Positions 38,888 through 51,320 of a stretch of DNA of 64,000 nucleotides are shown here, in pieces. How positions within the stretch are numbered: position 1 is the first letter of the stretch; each line of letters starts with the position of its first letter. Under the pieces are notes generated by a model that had not been told where the DNA came from, did not search any database, and saw nothing but the letters and a program-made list of their open reading frames with translations. Source of the DNA: Camelus ferus (Eukaryota); assembly GCF_009834535.1 (NCBI RefSeq), contig NC_045698.1, forward strand, positions 6,078,001 to 6,142,000, read 5' to 3'. The position numbers and the translations under genes are program-made.

Positions 38888-40397
38888 CAGTTGAGCCTTG
38901 AACAGCACAGGTCTGAAGGGCATGCGTCCACTTACATGTGGATTTTTTTCAATAAGTATATTGGAAATATTTTGGAGATGTGTGACAATTTGAAAAAAAC
39001 TTGCAGATGAACTATGTAGCTTAGAAATATCTAAAAATTAAGAAAAAGTTTGCTATGTCATGATAGCAAAAAATATATGTAGATACCAGTCTATTTTATC
39101 ATTTACTACCATAAAATATACACAAATCTATTATAAACAGTTAAAAATTTATCATAATTTATGCACACAAACACAAGTCATACATGACGCCATTCACAGT
39201 CAAGAGACATTTTTTAAAATGTAAAGATGCAGTAGTAAATTACAACTGCGTGAAGTTAATTGCAGGTCACAGGGTACTACAGTAATAATTTTGTAGCCAC
39301 CTCCTGATGCTGCTGCAGTGAGCTCAACACACCACGTGAGGTTGATCATCTCCATGTGAGCAGTTCATCTCGCCACTGAATTGTGTATCTCAGTAGAAAG
39401 TGATCTCTTGTGTTTGATCCTTGCTTATTTTTCATTGTGTTTAGCACAGTATCATAAACCTTGAATAATTCCATGGGACCCATATGAAGTGCACTAGTGA
39501 TGCCAGAGGTGCTCCCAAGAAGCAGAAAAAAGTCATGGCTTTACAAGAAAAAACTGAATTGTTTGATATGTACCATAGATTAGGGTCTGTAACTGCAGGT
39601 GCCCCCCACCCCCATTTCAAGATAAATGAATCTAGCATAAGGACCACTGTAAAAAAAATAAAAAAGGAATTTGTATAGCCATTACTGCAGGCATGCCAGC
39701 AGGTGCATAACCTTGCACTTTTTGTGATGTACCTTTTTATTTTGTATTGAAAATTCAGCTTTTATGTAGGTGCAGAGTTGCTATAAAAAAGACATACCTA
39801 GACGCCAATATAATTTGAGAAAAGGCAAAGTCATTATGCGACAACTTAAAGCAAAAGGAAGCTAAAGAATTTACAGCTGGAGAATTTAATGCCAGCAAAG
39901 GATGGCTTGATAATTTTAGAAAGAAGTTTGGTTTAAAAAGTGTCAAGATAACAGGAGAAGACTCTTCTGCCGACCAAGAGGCAGCAGACGAGTTCCCAGA
40001 CAACATTAGGAAAATCACTGAGGAGAAATTATATCTGTCTGAACAGGTTTTTCAGTGCAGACAAAGGTGTCCTACTGTGGAAGAAAAAAGTGCCACAAAG
40101 GATGTTCATTAGTAAGGAAGAGAAGTGAGCACCAGGGTTTAAAGCAGGAAGGGATAAGCCAAATACTGTTTTGTACAAACGTGGTTGGGTTTATGATCAG
40201 GACTGCTCTCATCTACAGCGCTCCTAACTTTCGAAACTTGAAGGGAAAAGATAAACACCAGCTACCAAAACACCAGCCTTTGGGTTGTGTAAGAAGGCCT
40301 GGACAATGAAAACCTTTTTTTTCTGAATTGGTTCTAATGATGCTTTGTCCTTGAAGTCAGGAAGTACCTTAACAGTAAGGGACTGCCTTTTAAAGTT
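38888..40397 (+). mobile_element. Tigger2 DNA transposon, 5' ~1.5 kb, 3'-truncated
   Basis: Left TIR cagttgagccttgaacagcacagg and leader ccacttacatgtggatttttttcaataagtatattggaaa match recalled Tigger2. No right TIR seen. Confidence 0.9.
39473..40397 (+). pseudogene. Decayed pogo/Tigger (CENP-B-like) transposase: HTH domains and start of the DDE domain, with stops and frameshifts
   Basis: Readable segments APKKQKKVMALQEKTELFDMY..HFKINESSIRT and EFNASKGWLDNFRKKFGLKSVKITGEDSSADQEAADEFPD..YLSEQVF. Confidence 0.9.
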
Positions 40398-43039
40398 TGA
40401 AGCATATAAATGCTTCGAAAAGCAAAAGAGGAATTCCAATTTAGTGTAATCTTTAGTGTCCTACAAGTATTAAAGGAATTCAAGTCAGAAGGAAGGGCCC
40501 TGGAAGGAAGTTCAAGACGGAAACGTATGGCTTTGAGGAGGAGAGCAAGATTTAAGCAGAAACACTCCCTTTGACAAAATCATAATATGATCCAGTGAAA
40601 TGACCTTTCTTGAGGGATAATGATAAAAATGAGTATTAGGCTGCTACAATCTTCAAATTCTTTTGAGTTTCACTTTTATATTTTGTTCAGTTTTTTCCAC
40701 TCAAGATGTTAAATAATAATAATGTCATGTGTTATACAAAATATATGTCAGTGGATATCTATGATTTGTCAGGTTTTTTTTAACAGATATTTCTTATCCC
40801 TCACTCTTACTTCCTTTGATGAGTTTAAGCCACCAGCTGAAAATTATGTATCAGATTATGTGTTTGTTTAATATACTAGCTGCATCCCATTTGCCTATTG
40901 GTAAACCTGTTCAGAAAATTAAAAACACAAAGTACATTTAAAAACACATATTCTTGGAAATGTATCTTAGAGATAATGGTATTTACAGCAAAGTAACAAA
41001 GAATTAAACGTCATGATTCAGGGATTTCTGAATTTTCTCCTTTAATCTTTAGTGTAACATTTTAAGCAAGTCATTTATAGGTTAAAACACTATAATATGA
41101 CAATGACGGAAATGTTGAGGATAGATAATTTACAATGAGGTTCTAGGAATTAAAAATGCTGCTCTTCCATTATTAAAGACTGTAGAATTGGTGTTTTATG
41201 AATGCTGTTTAGTAATAAGCATATTTTCAGACATCTCTATTAAAATGACTCTATTGAGTGTCCCAATGGTGATTCACTGAAGTTAAATAGAACATTTTTC
41301 TGACAAATGCTAATTTCCTTATATTGCTTGTATTCCATAAAAATTATCAACATATCTGAGGTCATATTAACCATTTTTTAAATAAAACAACAATACTATG
41401 TTGTCCTGTGGGTATTTGGAGTCTCACTACATATGGTTCTGTTGTCAGTTACATAAAAGTATCCATCGTAGATACTAAAATATTGATACGTTCATCAGTC
41501 CTACCCACTCCATTTATACTTCCAATAAAAATCTTAATTTTTTTACTCAAATACAGTAAATGAATGTTTTCGTATAATCATATTTTACAATCTGATTTAT
41601 AAAATTATATCATTGCCTGAAATCCTACCCTCATTCACTCCAAACATAAAAGATCTCAGATATTTTAATCAAAAACTTGACAGTCCTCGCTGCTGTAACA
41701 TTCTGCATGGGAAGATGGAAGATGGACTTTGTGAGGGGAGAGTGGGGACAGCAGGTTTGTTTTCACTAACAGAAATAGGCAATAATATTAGACCCTTTCA
41801 CGAGACAGCTACTGACCCCGGGCCATCCGTGAAGTCCAGTTCACTGGGTGAATTAAGCAGTTCACCCACCAGACTGCAGTGCCATTTTATAAGACAGTCA
41901 TTCCCCAGCGGGTTTCCTTGTGTAATGTCACTGATTTGAATTCCTGTGGGTCGGTATCCCGCTAACCAAGCCTGAGTTCCTCTTCTTTGACACAGCTGAT
42001 GTCTGGGGTTCTGAGGCTGGCGACTCCCCGGGTCACTCACCGTGTCTCTGATCAGCGTGGAAAGAGCAGCAGGTGTTGATGCGCGTATCTCACACCAGTG
42101 TGTTGTAGATTCCGTGGTGGCTAGTGATGCATTCAAAGGAGGAGTGTGACTGTCCTGTGTTCTCTAGGCCACTGCTACATCCAAGTGCTCAGAGAACATT
42201 TGAAGGCTCAATTTAAGGCATTTACGCCCTCCATACATTTCACAAAGAAATGTGCATTAACTGATCATTTCAAAACTTACACTCATATATCCCTTTATAA
42301 ACTTTGCTCCTAAATATATGCTTTGGTTTGGTTTGGGGGGGTTGATAAGAATTATATTAATTTGGTGCTTTTATGTCACTATATTTATCACAAGAAAGTA
42401 AAAGGGAAGAGCTGAGAAAGGAATGGTGGAGAGACAAGTCATACACTCCAAAAAGAGGATTTTGTAAGTAATAGCTTTAGAAAAATACCTGTCTGTCCTA
42501 GCTGACGGAGAAGACGTTATCACGACTTAATTTCCAATAATAAATGTGTTGCTAACTAAAAGCTGATCGAAAACAGGAATGCTTCTTTTACCCTTAGTGT
42601 AAAAAGATACCTTTTATTTTTTAGCACACTAGGGTGTTCTAGATCATTTTAAATATAGTGAAAACTTATTCACCTTGCTGAAACTGAAGTTTCAAAAGCA
42701 TTATCAGGTTAATTGCTTAAATTAAATACAGCAAACAGAGCCTTGATGACTTGAGGCTATTGCTGGGAACATTAACATTTGTGATGTCCCAAGAGCTGCA
42801 GGCCTTTCGGATGCAGCACTGTTCTCACCAGCCTGTATTTACCTCTGCCCTTGGAGTGCACTCTCCTGCCCAAAGTCTCAATCAACCTCACCTTCATTAA
42901 GTTAAATCCTCCAGTTGGGTTTTGTTCCCCAAATCATGTCTTTGTGAAATGCAAGTTAACAGAGTCAATCTGACTGTTTGTTTCACCCTGATCTCAGGGG
43001 ACTGCCCCCCGTAGTCATTTACAGCCCGACCTCTTTGTC

Positions 43040-43140
43040 AACAGGACACTGCAGTGGGGACACTGGGGAGCAGCTTACTAACAGTCTGGGGCTCACGGAA
43101 GAGGTCAAAGGGGGAGACTGACATCTGGAAGTCACCAATA
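43040..43140 (-). mobile_element. L2 fragment
   Basis: Minus strand gtgacttccagatgtcagtctccccctttgacctcttccgtgagccccagact resembles L2. Confidence 0.5.
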
Positions 43141-43619
43141 CGGAGACAGTATTCGATGCCCATACAGATGGTCCTGTAGGAAAGACTATAAAGGATTTTA
43201 GGCAAAAAAGATAAAATCACTCTCCTGTAAGGCATCAGTGCTTTGGAAGATCAACTGTCCACGCACAAAATGTAAATACTGGCAATTGAATGATCAATGT
43301 AGGACCCTCATCCTCTGTCTCATTAACGTGTAGAATTATGAACCTATTCCTCACAGGTATTTTAGAAAACGTTAGTTTAACACCTTTCTAACATATTTGA
43401 GAGGCTAGAAGCCAAGTCTGAAAAGCATTTACTGTCATCAAATCATCTTCTGTGCCAACTGGCTTCATGGAAGAAGTGTTGGTGCTCAGCCAGCCAATAT
43501 GAAACAAAAATGAAAGCAAAACCATGAAATGATCATTGAGATAAACGCAGATGATATAACGGTGTAGCAGAGGCAATGAGATGGCAAGTCACCCATCATC
43601 CCACACCTGGCTTTCGTCC

Positions 43620-43850
43620 CCCGCGGCGGCGTGGGAGAAGACGTCCTTTGACGTCAGTCACAGAGACTGGGTTCTGATTCTGATTAACCCCTCCCGGCTG
43701 CGGGATGCTGGCCAGGCAGCTCCGCTTCTCTCATCCTGTTCTCCTGCCTGTAAAATGGGGAAGGTTATATCCACTTCATGGAGTCTGTATGTGGACTCAA
43801 GCAGATACCTCTATAAAGAGACTAGAAGGGCATTCAACTGTCCCTCCATA
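43620..43850 (+). mobile_element. MIR (GC-shifted 5' half)
   Basis: gactgggttctgattctg...cctgttctcctgcctgtaaaatggggaagg...cttcatggagtctgtatgtggactcaa. Confidence 0.65.
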
Positions 43851-46800
43851 AACATCTCCAACCCCCCACGTATATATTCCCATGTTATCTGAATAATGAC
43901 TAAACATTAATGTATTTTAGATGAATGCATACATTTCTCTTCTTATATACTAACCCTACTCATAACCTTCTAAACACTTGTTAAATAATGACAGAAAGAT
44001 AATTTCCTTGTCTCCTCTCTATACTATGTTTTAGTTCCTGTGTCCTCCGACTCTCAATGTTTTACTATATTTTTCTCTCTCAAATTATTTTGCAAATAAA
44101 GAAGCTTCAGGTCCCAGAGTTTGAGGGACTGGCTCGTAATCATATAAACAGCTTGGAGTGAAGAAGGGAAGGGAAGTTCATCCAAAACTTCTGTTCTGTT
44201 CACTAGTCAGAGATTCCAGAAAACATGACGATTGCATCAGATTTGTTAAAACTCCTGCACCGTTGGTTATCTGTGTACCCTCATAGTGTGCATTTGTGGG
44301 GTGTTTGAGACATCGTGCCTGTAATTTAGATCTGAGCACCTTGATTATACTTAGAAGAATCGAGAGGAACCCCCATAAGGCCCTGTCTGAAGTTATTCAC
44401 ACAAACTTGGGGAAGAGACAGACATTCAGTGATCACAGACACTTACCTTGTTCAGCACCTAGAAGTGATTTTTTTTCACCAATTATCATCTATTTTAGGG
44501 ATATAAAAAGTTATTTTGGTTAATACTAGTTCGACAGTCTAAATAATTCATTTTGACTGTTACATTTCTGTCATTTTACAGCCAAAATCTATTCAGGTTG
44601 TTAATTTTTTTAACGTGAGACATTAAGTGGGAGGTTTAAATTAGTTTTACAACGGTGAGCCGCAGGATGGTCCGTTTTAAAACAAGTGTTGACTTCATTT
44701 AAAAATTCACAGTGATTTCATTACAAAGAGATTAGATCCAAAAGTCACTTTACATAAATTGAAGAAACAATTTGGCCCTCCCGGTGCGTGGGATGTTTTT
44801 ACTTTAACAATTAACTGACCAGAAAAATAACATTGTCACCTAAAGATGCCAATTACCATTGTCTGATTGCACGGAGGATTTGGCTCAACATGCCTACTCT
44901 AAGAGCACTTCGTTATGCACAACATCTCGCCGGTGTACCTTCTCATTTTCAGAGCTCATCTCATGTGTGCTTTTGCTTTCATTGAATGTAGGACGGTTCT
45001 AAACCAGTTTAATTTTCGTTTTGCTGTGGTTATCATTATTCATATTTAAAATTTAAATGTCATAGATCATTTGCATCCACACAATGAATGTGGCTTTCTC
45101 TTTGAGAATTAATCACCTGTGACAACCTGCTGACTCACGGATCTGGAAGGATGCCCCATTTCTTGGTTCTATTTTAACCTTAAATAACCAGCCATGTTTC
45201 CTAGCTCATATTTGAATGGCAGTGTCACCCATGTGCCTGAAAATAGATAAATGAATCAAAGAAAAATAACTGAGAAAATGAAAACGATGCTTATTTTGCC
45301 CAGCATGGAAGTATCACAGGCATATGACATAAAGTTTAAAAATACAGAACACAAAGAAAAAAGCATCACATTCAATGCCCTCTCCTGAGAAAAAAATGAT
45401 TATTTACCACCTTAACAATTGCGAGGTTTTCTGCCTGATGATACAGTGTAATTATAGATGTGCACATGAACACACGTGCAAATTTACAGAAACACCAGAG
45501 GGTGTTCCCACATACGTGTGGGTAAATGCAGTCATTCTGCACAGTCTATGTTCTATTAAATATTTCTATTAGTTTTATTTTCTGATAACTGCTTATGCTC
45601 AGTTATGTGGCAAATACCGTCCCTAAATAAAACCCAACTCAGGCTCTTTAATCGTTGCAAACTCTAGTGCCACTTCCCAGCAGCCTCGTTATCCCACAAT
45701 TTGCACCTTAGTTGATTTTACCCACAGAGCCTTGAGCCCTGCGTTCTAAGGACACGGTGTTTCTTTTTATCTCCCTCCCCTTGGACACAAGACTCAAATT
45801 ACATTCTTAAATTTTGAATGCTTTGTTCTTTGGTTTCTCAAGGTAAGAGTGACCAAAGAAAAAGACCCACATGAACAGAAACATTAAAAATTCTGCACAT
45901 CTTGTCTCTGCTCCTAGATAACACAGTTTTGCAAAGGATCATACGCTTAGGATATGAATGGAAGCTTTACTTATCTTATTAATAAAATGAGCGCTGTCAT
46001 TGACTTCCAGCTGCAGAGACGGTTATTAAGGGCAGAGGTTGTATTTTGTATGTCTTGAGAGGTAAATTCTTATAAAAAAAAAGTTTGGTGGTTTTCATTG
46101 GGAAACCTGTGCTTTGGTATTTAATAGCGTGTTGATCTCAGTTTCATTATTAGCAATACATTTAGAGTAAATAGAATTCCCTCTGTTTCTCTCTCTGTCT
46201 TCCCTCCCCACTGTCTCCCTCTCCTTCTTTCTTTCCTTACTCTGACTTCCAAATGCCTCTCCATCCACCTGATTCTAGCCCTGTGCTCTTGGACATTAAA
46301 TATTCCTGGGCTAGGGATCAGAGGAAAAGAACAAAGTTTAAATTATTTTTTCCAAAGGACAAAAGAAACAAGGTTCTGTGACAGGGCAGACAGGACAGCA
46401 AGTTAAGTCATTTATCAAAGAGAAGAAAGCCTTGCCCATCAGCCCACAGAGACGTCGGCAGCTCATTATCTCTGGGCTGGATGGTCGACATGTGGCCATA
46501 ATAAGGTTGAAACCAAAAGCAGCTACCCTACACCGTCTTCAGTCCACAAGATCCCCAAAACATAAAGCACCACTTTTTAACTTCCCCTAAGGTTAAAAAA
46601 TAAAGGGAAGATAAGGAGACAATTTATACAAGAACAAAAATAATGAAAAGCAATGTTTTCTTTCTTCATCTCAACACGTTTAATCATGTGCCATACCATT
46701 TGATCATTATGCATTAATCACACGATTAACCTAATAACCTTGGCATTCTGAGTGTGAAAATCTTACATAATATACCCAAAATGGATGTGATGAGTTTGAT

Positions 46801-46899
46801 TTTAAGTTTGAGTGGTACTTAAAAATTTTAAAAGAAACAAAGCTAAGACATATTTAAGGATATGTGACAAATCGCCCTATTAACTTGAGTTAAGAATCA

Positions 46900-47045
46900 T
46901 CCATTGATCGAGGTTTGTTAGCTGAGATGAACGTATCACATATGGGATGTCGGGAATGTGCGAGGCTGGGTTGGGGTGCACAGAACCCTCTCGACTGTCT
47001 TTGCAACTTTTCTGTTAGTCTAAAACTATCTTAAAATAGTTTATT
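46900..47045 (+). mobile_element. Old L1 extreme 3' end (L1MC/MD-like)
   Basis: gaaccctctcgactgtctttgcaacttttctgttagtctaaaactatcttaaaatag. Confidence 0.7.
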
Positions 47046-47159
47046 ATTTTAAAATAGCAACAGCTTATTTCATAATATCTGAGTGTATTGAACACCCGCT
47101 ATTATTTATAGGAGGTGTTTATATTATTTATACGATGTATAAAATCTGTCACTTTAAAT

Positions 47160-47380
47160 CAGTGTTTCCCAAACTGTAATCTGTGTGAGAATCACTAAAG
47201 TCTTTGTTAAAATCGTACAAATATTTCACAACTGCTGTGTGTTGGGTTTCCCTATAAAACTTCTGTTCATGGACCCCTTGCTGAAGGACTCCAATTTATT
47301 TGCTCTGGTGTGTGAATGGACAGCGGGGTTTTTAAACACCCCCCAGTGATTCTGATGTGCAGCCAACACTGGGAAGCCCT
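47160..47380. mobile_element. MER5-like hAT-Charlie element
   Basis: cagtgtttcccaaactg...gaatcact...ttttaaacaccccccagtgattctgatgtgcagccaacactgggaagcc. Confidence 0.7.
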
Positions 47381-47864
47381 TTCCTGAGCGTTTTATGCTG
47401 CCGATGACAGCAGTGTTTCCCCCCAGTTATACTGGTATCTCTAGGGTTTCTTTTTAAACATGCGCCTTCCTGGTTGCCACTCCAGAAGTTAGAATGATGA
47501 TCTCAAGGTTTAGGGTCAAGAAATTGAGGTTTAGCAGCAAGTTTCCCTTACCCATGTGTGAACTTCCGTGGCCAATAGTGTACCGTCATCAGGCAGGAGA
47601 GAAGCACGGGGGAGAGGATGATTAGGGAAGGAAGGGAGTTGAGGGGCGTCAGAGGGGAGCTGAAAGGAACGAAAGACAAGTTTTAAAGACTGAGGAGAGA
47701 AAAAGGGGGACAAAGGAAGGAGTCAAAGAAAAGAAAACAGGAACTAAAAGTTACTGGGTTTGTGATTATCCATCCACTATACATATTTTCAATATAGTGT
47801 CTTACTAAATTCTCGTAAGAACCCATTTAAGTTGGCATTGCTTTTCCTACTTCACCAGTGAGGA

Positions 47865-48500
47865 GAAGGCTCGGTGAGGGGCCACAGCTTGCCTCGAGGG
47901 GCCGGAGCGGCGGGCGCGTAGGAAGCACAGAGCAGGGGCGGGAGAGGGGGCGGGGGGTCCCCGTTGTCTCCACCTGGGAGAGGACCGAAGGCGCTGAAGA
48001 TGCAGCTGGAGGGCTTGTATCATTGAAACAATAAAGTCAGGCAGACTCAGAGCAATTCTTGGGTCTGAGTCAGGGCATCTGTGCAGAATTGCTCTTTAAA
48101 GTCAACACACCCACTACCTAGTTGATTTTAATATTGGAGTAACTGCGTCGATTGACGTAAGACGTGCTTGTCTTGGCCTTTCGCTAGTGTTTTTCTTGTG
48201 GAGTATTTTCTCTCTGGAATTATGCTCTATTTAACATTACCATGAAGGATGCGTGCATTCACCGTGTGTTTTCCGGCTGTCGGGGCTTCCTCTGTTCTTC
48301 CCAGGGCTTTCTTCCGGAGGCCCCGCGGAGACGTGCCTGAGTCGTGGGGACGGGCACCGGGTGTGGGCGCTCCTCCTGCACACGGGGCGCCGCCGGCGGG
48401 GGGGGGGGGGGCGTGTGGGAGAGCGGGTAGGCGTACACATCCAATTCCGAGGAGCGGCTGGGAAATGGCCGCAATATGGAGCGAGAATATATAACGACGC
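47865..48500. promoter_or_regulatory. CpG-island-like GC-rich region (two lobes) with GC boxes and G-runs; possible promoter/enhancer
   Basis: Visibly dense CpGs in an otherwise CpG-depleted window. GGGGCGGG boxes at ~47935-47957, ttgacgtaa at ~48152, long G run at ~48398-48411. Confidence 0.45.
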
Positions 48501-49443
48501 TGTAGAACATGTAGACACTAATTGCAAATGAGAAGCATCAGGAAAGATACCTGATCCTGTTTGGAAACATTGTTGTGGTGATAAATGGTTTACTTGGGGA
48601 GCGAACTATAGTACTATTTAGTTTGTACAGAAAACATGAAGAGAAGTTTGTTTTAAGAAGAATTAAGAAGCATCCCTTGACAGTGATGAAGAACTCACCA
48701 TATGTTGAAGGGAGAACCTGTTTCATCCGTGGGTGTTACCTGTGTTCCTGCATTAAAACGAGAGGAAGGTCTTGACTGCAGATGGTGAAAAGGAAATTAA
48801 TGGGGCAGCTGCACAAAGGAGCTAGGGGGAAGATTCCATCTCAAGCGATCTGACAGCCCACAGAAGAGAAAGCAAAACCCTATGCAGGATATGAAGGTTT
48901 AATTCACAGAACTCTATGAAATTCCTAATTGTTCATGTGGAAAGAAATTAGTTTCCAAATGACTGAAAAGACAGCAAATCGGGGGTTCAGGAGAGAGGCA
49001 GGATGAAAGAAACGAAAATGCAGTTTCATAAAGATAAGAAATTTACATTTGTGGAGGTATTTTCAGAAAAGAATACGTGCTGGAGTGGTTTCATTTCTTT
49101 TTTCTGTCTTCGTTATTATTTCCAATGAGTTACAGACCAGGTTTGTTTTTGGGTCACTCCTTTGTGTATATGAATATGTGACCTTGATTTTGAATTGAAG
49201 TGCTTGACGTGTGCGACAAATCTGAACTGCAGAGCTGTGAGTTGTCTATTCAGTAACAGCGGCAAAGCAGTAAGGTAATCCCCAGCTGATCTTGGTGCCG
49301 GGCAGATAGGCAGGGAGTATAACTTTGGAGGTCTGGTGCCATGAGGATGTGCACGCCTTTGGTGGGCTACCCCAGGGCAGATCACCCTGGGTCCACTGAC
49401 AGGCCAGCCCTGGGCTTGTTTCAGATGCAGCAGACTTGAGTGT

Positions 49444-49460
49444 TGTGTGTGTGTGTGTGC

Positions 49461-49493
<33 letters not shown>
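49444..49493. repeat. (TG)n(GA)n compound microsatellite
   Basis: Seen directly. Confidence 0.95.
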
Positions 49494-50061
49494 TGCTTGA
49501 CTCTAATTATCAGCCAATGTCTAATCGATGTTTTTGTTTCATTATCAGCCTCCTTTCAGTTTCAGCTCCACTCCATCCTTAGTGGCTGACCCTGGGTCCT
49601 GACATAAAACAGCACTGACTGAGTCGCTATGACAATTGGTTTAATACATTCAACAGTCTGTGTAAATAACAACCGTACCACTCACTGATCTACGGAGCTG
49701 AACTGCTAGCATTGCCAGCCATGTGCCGTGGCTTATCCAGCCCCCTAGATGTTGTATAAAGATATTTGAGAAAACAATCTGCACAAATCACTTAGAAAAT
49801 GCCAGAAGCTTTTTAATATTAGAGACTGGTTAGATCTCAACTATAGAGCTCAAAATGCCGATTTAGACTGAAAGGTCTCCAGGCCAATAGAATTAAATTT
49901 AATTTGTTAAAATAGGACACTTTATTGTAAATAGTGACATTTAAAATGTTCCATGGAATTTTTAACTTAAATTAGGTAATATTAAACCATAAATCAGTTT
50001 AGAGGTCAACCTTTTCTTTCTGTATTTTGAACTGGATCGGAGAGAGTGACCCCGGGAAATC

Positions 50062-51320
50062 TTTGTTTTGTAAATAGCTTTGTGGAGGTACAACTGGTAT
50101 TCAAGCAACTACACGTATTTAAAGCATACAATTCAGTTAACCCCGACATACCTATACACCTGCAAAACCCACTACAATCAAAACAATAACATCTTCATCG
50201 CCTCCAAAATTCCCTCCTGCTTCTTTGTGTTTGTTTTGTTTGTTTTATTTTTTATTGTGGTGAGAACATTTAACGTGAGATTTACTCTTTGAACAAAATT
50301 GTAAGTGCACAATGTTGTATTATTTACTACAGGCACAATACTGTGCATCAGATCTTTCGACTTTATCCCTCTTGCATAATAGAAACTTTGCACCCATGAA
50401 CAGCAACTCCCCATTGCCCTCTGCACCCAGCCCCTGGCAAGCACCATCCCACTCTCTGCTTCTGTAAGTGTGACCACTGTAGGCACCTCAGGTAAGTGGA
50501 CTCACACAGTGTTTGTCTTTCTGTGACTGGCTTATTTCACTTAGCATAATGTCCTCCAAGTTTAGCCATGTTGCTGTGTGTGGCAAGATCTCCTTTTTTA
50601 AAGGCTGAATAACATTTCGTTGTATGTATATTTTATGTTTTTTTAATCCATTAATCCATCAGTAGACATTTAGGTTGATTTCTTGGATGTGAAACCAAAG
50701 GCAAGGGCAGCAAAAACAAAAACAGACAAGTGGGACGAATTAAACTGAAAAGCTTCTGCACAGCAAAGGAAACAACAGAATGAAAAGGCAGCCTACAGAA
50801 TGGGAGAAAATATTTGCAAGTCGTCTGTCTGTTGGTGATAATACCTAAAATAAATAAGAGACTCCTATAACTCAATAGCAAGAAAACAAACACAAACCCA
50901 CAAACCCAGTCAGAAAAGGGCGAAGGACTGGAATATCCATTTCTCCAAAGAAGACATACAAATGGCCAACAAGTATGTGCAAGGTACTCATTGTCGCTAA
51001 TCATCAGGAAATGTCAATCAAAACCACAATGAAATATCACCCCACACCTGTCAGAATGGCTATTCTCCAAAAAAAAAAAAAATAGTATTGGTGAAGATGT
51101 GGAGAAATTAAAGCCCTTGCGCACTGTTGGTGTCAATGTAAAACGGTGCAGCCACTGAGGAAAACAGTGTGATGTTCCCTCAAAAAAATAAAAACAGAAC
51201 AAACAAATGACCCAACAATCCCACTTTTAGATGAATATCTAAAAGAATTGCAATCAGGATCTCAAAAACATCCGTGCTCCTACGTTCATTGCAGCATTAC
51301 TCACAACAGTCAAGACGGAA
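50062..51320 (-). mobile_element. L1 (L1MA9/L1MB-like) with 5' inversion: antisense 3'UTR ~50062-50680, inverted ORF2 C-terminal segment on + ~50681-51320
   Basis: Antisense 3'UTR (ggcttatttcacttagcataatgtcctcc; catcagtagacatttaggttgatttc) is followed by sense ORF2 (aaactgaaaagcttctgcacagcaaaggaaaca; caaaaccacaatgaaatatcac; gttcattgcagcattactcacaacagtcaag). Confidence 0.9.

Noticed and set aside
39473..40397. Possible domesticated TIGD/CENP-B-like gene
   Set aside because: Multiple stops and frameshifts, truncated, and still preceded by the transposon TIR and leader.
48237..48531. Arg/Gly/Pro-rich ORFs on both strands
   Set aside because: Expected from high GC content and the G homopolymer; no recognisable domain.
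50651..51202. ORFs resembling 'hypothetical proteins'
   Set aside because: Antisense translations of L1 ORF2.
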